DNA of 6,978 nt from Octopus sinensis (lineage: Eukaryota): positions 1 to 6,978 of the forward strand of contig NW_021829081.1 of the NCBI RefSeq assembly GCF_006345805.1. Direction: 5' to 3'. Positions within the stretch are counted from its first letter, which is position 1; every line of letters starts with the position of its first letter. This document shows positions 1 through 6,978 of this stretch, one piece after another. The translations under genes and the position numbers were made by a program. Under the pieces are notes generated by a model, which had not been told where the DNA came from, did not search any database, and worked only from the letters and a program-made list of their open reading frames with translations.

Positions 1-43
1 ACGACCACGCCTACATTTCTCTCCCTATTTCTGTTTTTAATTA

Positions 44-189
44 TCATCGTCGTCTTCGTTATCATTGACATTATCACCAGCAGCAGCAGCAGCAGCCACA
101 GTAGCAGCAGCACCAACAGCGGCACCAGCAGATCTAGCAATGTCGTCCTTATCGTTGTCGTGATCATCGCCGTCATCATCCTTATCATT

Positions 190-270
<81 letters not shown>

Positions 271-499
271 GCCATCATCATCATCGCAGCATACATCACT
301 ATCATCGTCATCACTATCATCGTCATCCTATCATCATCATCGTCGTCGCCGTCGTTGTCATCATCCACATCATCATCTCTGCATTCATCACCATCATCAT
401 CATCATCATTATCATCATCATCATCGTCGTCCTCGTGGTCGTCGTTGCCGCCGCCATCATCACCTCCATCATCATCATCTTCGTCATCATCATCATCAA

Positions 500-551
<52 letters not shown>

Positions 552-583
552 GTCGTCGTCGTCGTTGCCGCCGTCATCATCAC

Positions 584-615
<32 letters not shown>

Positions 616-640
616 TTATCATCATCGCCATCCCCATCAA
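44..640. repeat. Compound trinucleotide microsatellite: (CAG)n at ~78-130, then long (ATC)n with GTC/GCC interruptions
   Basis: Directly visible. Produces the spurious poly-I, poly-S and poly-M ORFs. Confidence 0.97.
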
Positions 641-985
641 CAAACAAGCTTTAATAAGAAACCTAAAAATGAAAAGAACTGAAATACGAAACTTTAAAAA
701 AAAAAGAAATTAATTAAACAAAATAAACGCGAAGATTAAGAAGCGAAGAATCCTGTTTAATTGCGCAGCATCAAAAGTAAAGTGCAACAAGCGGTGGCAG
801 CAGCAGCATAAGCAGCAGCAGCAGCAGTAACGAAGAGACGAGAGTTGAGGATCACTTGAGCCTCGTTAATCTCGGCTCAGCCGGATCTGAACGGAGAAAA
901 ACGAGTTTAAGACGAATAGCAACGACGAAAGAAAATAGCAAAAAAAAAAACTGTCACAAAATCACGGACGGATGTCAAAAGCAAT

Positions 986-1425
986 ATCATCATTATAATC
1001 ATCATCATCATCATCACCACCACCATCATCATCAACAGCAACATCATCGTCGTTGTCATCATCAATATCATCACCATCATCATCATTATCTTCACCACCA
1101 CCACCGTCATCATCAACATCATCATCATCATCATCATTGTCACCATCATCAACGTTGGTGCATTCATCACCGTCATCTTCATAATCATCATCATCATCGT
1201 CGTCATAATCATCATCATCATCATTGTCACCATCATCATCAATATCATCGTCGTCGTCATTGTTATCATCAACTTCACCACCGTCACCATCATCTTCACC
1301 ACCACCACCATCATCATCATCATCGTTGTCACCAGCATCATCGTCATCGTCGTCATCATGAACATAAGTAGTATCGTCTTTGTTATCGTCTTCATCATAA
1401 CCATCGCATGAACAACAACATCGTC
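986..1425. repeat. Degenerate (ATC/CAC/GTC)n microsatellite
   Basis: Directly visible. Source of the poly-His ORF 856..1371 and the poly-Met ORF 907..1404. Confidence 0.95.
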
Positions 1426-1432
1426 ATGCTTA

Positions 1433-1626
1433 TCTCCCCCCCCCCCCTGCGCCTTCTGACTCCCCCTATCCTGCTCCTTTTGTTCCTCCTGTGCCTCCTG
1501 CGCTTCCTGCCCCTTCCTGCCCTTCCCATTAATCTACCTCCTCATCTTCATGATCATCATCTTTATAGTCATCATCATCATCATTAAAATCATCATCATC
1601 CTTATCATTTACATTGTCACCATCAT
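1433..1626. repeat. Poly-C and C/T-rich low-complexity tract followed by short (ATC)n
   Basis: C run at 1435-1447, CCTG/CCTT-type units to ~1527, ATC units ~1540-1626. Confidence 0.85.
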
Positions 1627-1795
1627 ATTTACTACAATAAGTCCAAGCTACATAAAACATATTATCATTCATTAGCGCAATTAACGAGAAGCAACAAAGT
1701 TCACGCTAATTAAATTCAAGAAGAATATATTGTAGCGATTCAGGATTATCGACATTTTCTCTTTTATTTTATTTATTTATTTATTTATTTTAAAG

Positions 1796-2088
1796 AAATA
1801 GAGATTAGCAACCCAAAAAAGATGGATGCGATTGTCCCAGACTTAGAAACAAACCAAGTTTCTGGAAACGAAACCGATAACGGAATGACACACATAATTG
1901 CTTCTTCAGAGGATTGCAGTTTGATGGAATTTTCTGGATACAAGAGAGGAGATCCTGTACCAGGCGAAATAATTCTTCTGAAAGACACATATATGGAAGC
2001 CGTGGAATTGAAAAGTTTTTACGAGTAACGAATGGTAAAGAGGGAAGCTGGAAGAGAATTCAACAAGATTCCAGAGAGGAACTTCACC
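1796..2088 (+). CDS. Candidate internal exon of an unidentified protein, with in-frame TAA at 2026-2028 (possible pseudo-exon or sequence error)
   Basis: A ~300-bp complex, purine-rich island between microsatellites. T-rich tract and AG acceptor at 1794-1795, GTATGT donor at 2089. Reads IEISNPKKMDAIVPDLETNQVSGNETDNGMTHIIASSEDCSLMEFSGYKRGDPVPGEIILLKDTYMEAVELKSFYE*RMVKREAGREFNKIPERNFT. Product not recognised with certainty. Confidence 0.5.
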
Positions 2089-2143
2089 GTATGTAAGGTT
2101 AATGTTATTTCTGTAAAAAGGACAATTGAATTGTAAAGTTTCC

Positions 2144-2870
2144 ATGTATGTATGTATGTATGTATGTATGTATGTATGTATGTATGTGGTATGTATGTAT
2201 GTATGTATGTATGTATGTATGCACGTACGTATTATGTATGTATTATGTATGAATGTTTATATCTATATATGTATGTATTTATGTGTGTATCTATGCATGC
2301 ATGTATATATGTATGGACCTATATCTATTGATCAATCTATATATATATATATATATATATATTATATCTATGTATATATTCATCTAGGTATATATACATA
2401 TGTATATATACATATACATATAAACATATGTATAAAGGCATATATTTATATAAATATATATACTTGTAAAATTGCGATTTAGCCACCCATGTTTTTTATA
2501 TATATATGTATGTATATTATATATATATATATATGTGTGTGTATATATTTGTATTATGTATACGTTAGAGAGCTAGGGCGGGATTGTTTTGTGAACTATG
2601 TACATGTGTATACATATATATATGTGACTGTGTGTTTGTAATGTGTGTATACATATATGTGCGTGTGTGTATTTGTGTGTGTGTACTTGTGCGTTTTGTG
2701 TGTCACTGTGTGCGTAAATTTATATATATATATATATGTAAGTGTATGCTTGCATGTATGTATGCATGTATGTATTCATGTATGTATGTATGTATGTATC
2801 CATGTATGTATGTATGTATGTATGTATGTATGTATGTACGTACGTATATGTGTATGCACGCAAGCATATA
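2144..2870. repeat. (TATG)n / (TA)n / (TG)n compound microsatellite
   Basis: Directly visible. Explains the MYVC-repeat ORFs. Confidence 0.96.
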
Positions 2871-3365
2871 CATCAATTGTTTTGTTAAACATTGGTAAAT
2901 ACATTCAGGACCCACTCTCAAGTTTTGAGTTCACTCTGTTAGAAACGCCACAATAGCCCTGTAATATCTCACTTGTAAATCACAAATATAATAACTTAGG
3001 AATTACCATTTTATGAATTACCCAATTTCCTCTCTATAAATATAAAGAATAACACCATTCAATTTGTTTTCTATCTATTCCGATACTACAAGAGTTATTT
3101 AAAGGACTTTTACTGATTTAGTTTGAATAGATAACATTTAGTTGTAATTTATTCCATTTAATTCTCAGAAGAATAACTATATTTTGTTATCTTTGCTATT
3201 CCTAGAAATTGTGTTTTCTACGAAATAATTCTATCTTTTGAGAATCTATCTTATCATTTTATGATTTATCAAATATCTTTTGTTGCATTACATTTCTTAG
3301 TAAAAATTCGATTATTCTTCTAAGTTCCTAAATTCTATTATTATTATTATTATTATCATTATTAT

Positions 3366-3525
3366 TGTCGCTACGTTCTCAGTTCAAATTCCACCAAGGT
3401 TGACTTTGCCTTTCATTTTTTCCGTGTCGATAAATTGAGTACTAGTGAAACACTGGGGTCGATATAATCGAATAGTCTCCTCCCCACAAATTTCAAGCCT
3501 TGTACCTTTAGTAGAAAGAATTATT
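3366..3525 (+). mobile_element. 5'-truncated tRNA-derived SINE (octopus-type)
   Basis: B-box-like GTTCAAATTC at 3382-3391. Core GACTTTGCCTTTCAT...GATAAATTGAGTAC...CACTGGGGTCGATATAATCGA aligns with the adjacent copy. Preceded by (ATT)n at 3337-3366. Resemblance to octopus SINEs is from recall. Confidence 0.85.
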
Positions 3526-3533
3526 TTAATTCT

Positions 3534-3768
3534 GCGGCGAAATGGCAGGTTCGTTAGCATGCACAACAAAGTGTTTAGCATCATTTCATCCGTGGTTACA
3601 TTCTGAGATCAAATTCTGTTGAAGTCGACTTTGCTTTTCATCAATTGAGGATCGATAGAGTAAGTACCAATTGAACACTGGGGTCGATGTAATCGACTTA
3701 CCCTTTCGCTCGAAATTGCTGGCCTTGTGCCAAAATTTGAAACCATTATTTTATTATTATTATTATTA
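3534..3768 (+). mobile_element. Near full-length tRNA-derived SINE with (ATT)n tail
   Basis: Head GCGGCGAAATGGCAGGTTCGTTAGC (A-box-like at 3543-3553), degenerate B box GATCAAATTC at 3607-3616, core hairpin GTCGAT-GTA-ATCGAC at 3683-3697, 3' end GGCCTTGTGCCAAAATTTGAAACC plus (ATT)n. Confidence 0.88.
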
Positions 3769-3864
3769 GGAATTAACCGTCGCTATGCTGCCGATAAAAG
3801 TATATCTCAATTATACACGAACCTTCTTGTAATAGTAGACTGCTATATAGTGAAAGTCTCGTTA

Positions 3865-3878
3865 GTTACTATGGCGAC
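3865..3878. promoter_or_regulatory. Candidate RFX X-box
   Basis: GTTACTATGGCGAC matches 11/14 of the palindromic X-box GTTGCCATGGCAAC and lies in unique sequence. No functional evidence. Confidence 0.3.
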
Positions 3879-3987
3879 AACAGTCTACCTATCTGTCTGT
3901 CTTTTACATAGGCTCCCCGACTCGCACTGTATTTCTCTCTCAAAAACAAGAAATTGTTTTTTTTTAAACAAATTTTGATTCCATCTT

Positions 3988-4066
3988 TCACACACACAAG
4001 CATGCACACAAATACACACACAAATGCGCGCGCACACACACATTCCTTTCTTCTCTCTCTCCTCTC

Positions 4067-4104
<38 letters not shown>

Positions 4105-4208
4105 GATTTTCTCTCTCAACAACAATCTGTCACTATAGTGAAAGGTTTTTTAAATGTATGTGTTTCATTGTTTCAGTGTTCAAAAACATACAAAAAGGCA
4201 CAGGCAAC

Positions 4209-4239
<31 letters not shown>

Positions 4240-4250
4240 ACAAACAAACA
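3988..4250. repeat. (CA)n, (CT)n and (CAAA)n microsatellites
   Basis: Directly visible, with a short unique spacer at ~4120-4205. Confidence 0.92.
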
Positions 4251-4354
4251 AATTATCAAAATAAGTTGTCTATATTGTTACGCAATGAAATTCTTTATTA
4301 GTGATACATATGCCACTGGGTTTACTTCAGGAATTCCTTGGTATTGATAGAGCT

Positions 4355-4710
4355 TATATAAGTAGACCAGAGACGGAACATAGAATTGACCTGTTGCTCT
4401 ATTCAAATCCACTACAATTGTTTCGACTCTTTCTGCATCTATATACCAGAAATGAGATGTACGAGAGTGTTGCATCACAGGTGTAGATTGCGACTTCTTA
4501 AGGGTCTTTCAATCAAGTAGTTCGCTCTTTCTTCTCTTCATTTCACGCGTTTAAAAGTTACCTGAGGTGGCCTGAACTTGTAATACGTCAAGATTGATTG
4601 TATAGCATCGCATGTGTGAGATACAGGTGAAGGATGAGACGAAACAATTGTAGTGGATTTGAATAAACTCTTCCGTGCATATCATTTTCTGTTTCAGATC
4701 TATTTATACA
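4355..4710. repeat. Long imperfect inverted repeat (arms 4355-4460 and 4605-4710) with a perfect 26-bp core; probable relic of hammerhead-bearing retroelement termini
   Basis: TATTCAAATCCACTACAATTGTTTCG (4400-4425) is the exact reverse complement of 4640-4665. The ungapped alignment extends both ways (hand count 74/106). Confidence 0.85.
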
Positions 4711-4792
4711 CACACACACATATATACAGACATACATATATACATACTACATACATACACATACACAAGATAGTCAGACACACAAACACATA

Positions 4793-4828
<36 letters not shown>

Positions 4829-5261
4829 CACACACAAACGATCACTCAAAATATAAAAAAATATTTTTACAACGTACTTAGTTTACAGTCATAAGTGTAC
4901 AGGAAGACGAATATCTTTCGGAAAAATAAATATATAAACAAATATATACACACATGTACACACACACCCACATTCACACACACACACTTCATGCACACAT
5001 GACCTATCACGCATAATAAATTCATAAATATCAGTACCCACATTCTTATGAAGGCACAAGCCTGTCTTTAAATCATATATCTGTGTATGCGTGCCTGTTT
5101 GCATACATAGACACATACGTACATACATTATATATATATATATATAATATATATATATGTATATATATATGTGTATATATAATATATAATATATATATAT
5201 ATGTGTGTGTATTATATTATATATCATATATATGTGTAATATGTAAATGTATGTATGGAAA

Positions 5262-5292
<31 letters not shown>

Positions 5293-5293
5293 G

Positions 5294-5325
<32 letters not shown>

Positions 5326-5440
5326 TGTATGTATGTATGCATGCATGTATGTATGTACATGTGTATATACACACATTATGCAGACAGAAACATATGCATG
5401 TGTATGAGTGCATTAGTATGCTTATGTATTTATGTATATA
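4706..5440. repeat. (CA)n/(CATA)n then (TA)n/(TATG)n microsatellite field with short unique spacers
   Basis: Directly visible. Confidence 0.93.
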
Positions 5441-5564
5441 TGGTGAGCCACATTCATGAGGTATAACGCAGAGTACCAGACAAATATATGTTCAAAATCA
5501 ATTATTTAGAATCCAATACACGTCGTGTATATTTGAGATCTGCAATGTAAATATAATCCCGGGC

Positions 5565-5666
5565 TTTTGTTTTTGTTTTGTCTTTTTGCCGTTGTTTATT
5601 ATTATTATTATCATTATGATTATTATTATTATCATTATTGTTATTATTGTTATTATTGATATTATT
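5565..5666. repeat. (TTTTG)n-like and (TTA)n microsatellite
   Basis: Directly visible. Source of the poly-Asn ORF 5502..5687. Confidence 0.92.
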
Positions 5667-5817
5667 CGTATAAACATTATTCAGCAAATATTTAATAAAT
5701 TTGGTTTGAATTTAGCATCCATTTCTTATAGTATCGTTTAGAAGTTGGAAGATGTTTACATCTACATATTTAGATGCAAATATATACAAGAATACAAAAC
5801 GTTCGTTCATAAAGAAT

Positions 5818-5965
5818 CATATATATATATATATAATATACACTTGTGTATGTATGTATATTTGCATGCTGTATCATATTCGTGTGTATGCTTGTGTGCA
5901 CTTATGCATATATTTATGTATGTATATTAGTATGTATGTATTTGTGTGTGTCTGTACACATAAAT
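5818..5965. repeat. (TA)n/(TATG)n microsatellite
   Basis: Directly visible. Confidence 0.88.
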
Positions 5966-5997
5966 ACTTACCCACCTGTATCTATTTTTTTATGTTT

Positions 5998-6200
5998 TTC
6001 TTGTTTCACTCATTGGATTGCGGCCATCCTGGGGCACCGTCTTAAAAGCATTAGTCGAATATATCGACTCAAGAACTTAGGTTTTCAAAGCCTGACAATT
6101 ATTTTATCGTTATCTCTTTTTCAACCACTAGGTTATTAGGAGGAAAACATAACAACACCGCTTGTTAAGCGGTGGAGGACAAAGCAAACACAGAGAAACA
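5998..6200 (-). mobile_element. 3' half of a second, diverged octopus-type SINE family in antisense orientation
   Basis: Reverse complement of 6051-6070 (GAGTCGATATATTCGACTAA) matches the core GGGTCGATGTAATCGACTTA at 3681-3700. CTTGTTTCACTCATTGGATTGCGGCCATCCTGGGGCACCG resembles a very common octopus repeat end (recall). Confidence 0.75.
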
Positions 6201-6203
6201 CGA

Positions 6204-6367
6204 ACATACATATATAAATAATACATACACATATTTATACATGCATACACATTTATATATGCATACTCTTCTTTGTATAAATACATATACATAAATGTAT
6301 GTATATTTATTTTCTAAGTTTCTCTTTCACACACTTTCTCTCCCTTCAGCATGGTATGTGCACGTAT

Positions 6368-6401
<34 letters not shown>
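6204..6401. repeat. (CATA)n/(TA)n low-complexity tract ending in pure (TA)15 at 6371-6400
   Basis: Directly visible. Confidence 0.9.
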
Positions 6402-6405
<4 letters not shown>

Positions 6406-6978
6406 AATAATGAAGGGTGAAATTAATTAATTTGGATAATATCAATTACACCAAGTAGTCTTCGGCATGTAAAAGCCTCATTCGAGGAAAATTTAAGTAA
6501 TACTAAGCAATAAAGGGTTTAGCAACGAATTGCCTTCAATACCGAATTTAGAAATAGCAGTCAAAGAGTTATAGCTATTTCTTCTACTAAAAGGGAGATC
6601 TCAGTAAAAACAGCAATTGGAAGGCAGACAAAACAGGTAAGAGAGAATGAATTGACGGCAATCTATCATACAATTTTAATTATCTACGGACGTACGTTTC
6701 GAAATCAAGTTTTTAGGAAAGCATAAGAATTAAATATTAAATAATTCTATCTTACCAAAAACTTCTTTTCTCTTCAGCGTAGAATACTATAATCATAAAT
6801 GATTATATATTGAATTTTGAGATACTAGAAGGCACCAACTCAACTCAGTATCAGAGCGAGCTAGAACCCGCAACTAGTATCACCAAATTCAATGCGTGAA
6901 TGAAAAGATTGTGTCACCAGCCCCTTCCCCACCCGCGTGTAGCCAAAACAAGATGCTGTGGTCATCTACTGAGATAAA
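6402..6978 (-). mobile_element. Hammerhead-containing retroelement terminus (Penelope-like pLTR or retrozyme-like); probably continues beyond the window end
   Basis: Abrupt switch from (TA)n to complex sequence at 6402, an intact hammerhead, many hairpins, and no ORF in the track. Minimal type I hammerheads are an established feature of Penelope-like elements and retrozymes. No RT or GIY-YIG sequence is visible here. Confidence 0.65.
6683..6783 (-). ncRNA. Type I hammerhead ribozyme (minimal stem III, extended stem II)
   Basis: Minus strand reads UCUACG-CUGAAGA-[G...70-nt hairpin...C]-GAAA-C-GUAC-GUC^-CGUAGA. All core nucleotides are present, stem I is a perfect 6 bp, the G10.1-C11.1 pair is present, and loop 3 is palindromic. 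Predicted cleavage between + coordinates 6689 and 6688. Confidence 0.92.

Noticed and set aside
847-862. GAGGATCACTTGAGCC resembling Alu/7SL
   Set aside because: Only 16 nt, and the flanks do not continue the similarity.
160-1404. Poly-Ile/Ser/His/Met ORFs, e.g. a His-rich metal-binding protein
   Set aside because: ATC repeats are stop-free in most frames. The ORFs overlap on both strands with no codon diversity or splice support.
2126-2956. MYVC-repeat ORFs (also 4889-5466 and 5745-6139)
   Set aside because: They are translations of TATG/TA/CA microsatellites.
3223-3237. 15-nt identity AAATAATTCTATCTT with 6739-6753
   Set aside because: AT-rich, does not extend, and is plausible by chance.
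3384-3584. Minus-strand 66-aa ORF
   Set aside because: It lies entirely within SINE sequence.
4278-4486. Overlapping ORFs 4301..4486 (+) and 4278..4478 (-)
   Set aside because: Short, with no recognisable motif, and better explained as the inverted-repeat arm.
4400-4665. CRISPR-like repeat
   Set aside because: There are only two copies, they are inverted, and the context is eukaryotic.
5510-5546. Possible 37-nt micro-exon (TTTAG|AATCC...GCAAT|GTAAAT)
   Set aside because: Weak polypyrimidine tract and too short to support without transcripts.

Overview
AT-rich eukaryotic non-coding/intronic DNA saturated with microsatellites ((ATC)n, (TATG)n, (TA)n, (CA)n, (CT)n, (ATT)n). The SINE sequences and repeat style resemble octopus (coleoid cephalopod) DNA; this is an inference from recall. 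Nearly all listed ORFs are microsatellite artefacts. Supported features: a complete minimal type I hammerhead ribozyme on the minus strand (6683-6783) with a 70-nt stem II, inside a hairpin-rich element abutting a (TA)n tract (Penelope-like pLTR or retrozyme-type); a 106-bp inverted repeat pair (4355-4710) whose perfectly conserved 26-bp core is the 3' half of a second hammerhead family; two tandem tRNA-type SINEs (3366-3768) and one antisense SINE fragment (~5998-6200); and one candidate coding exon (1796-2088) interrupted by an in-frame TAA.
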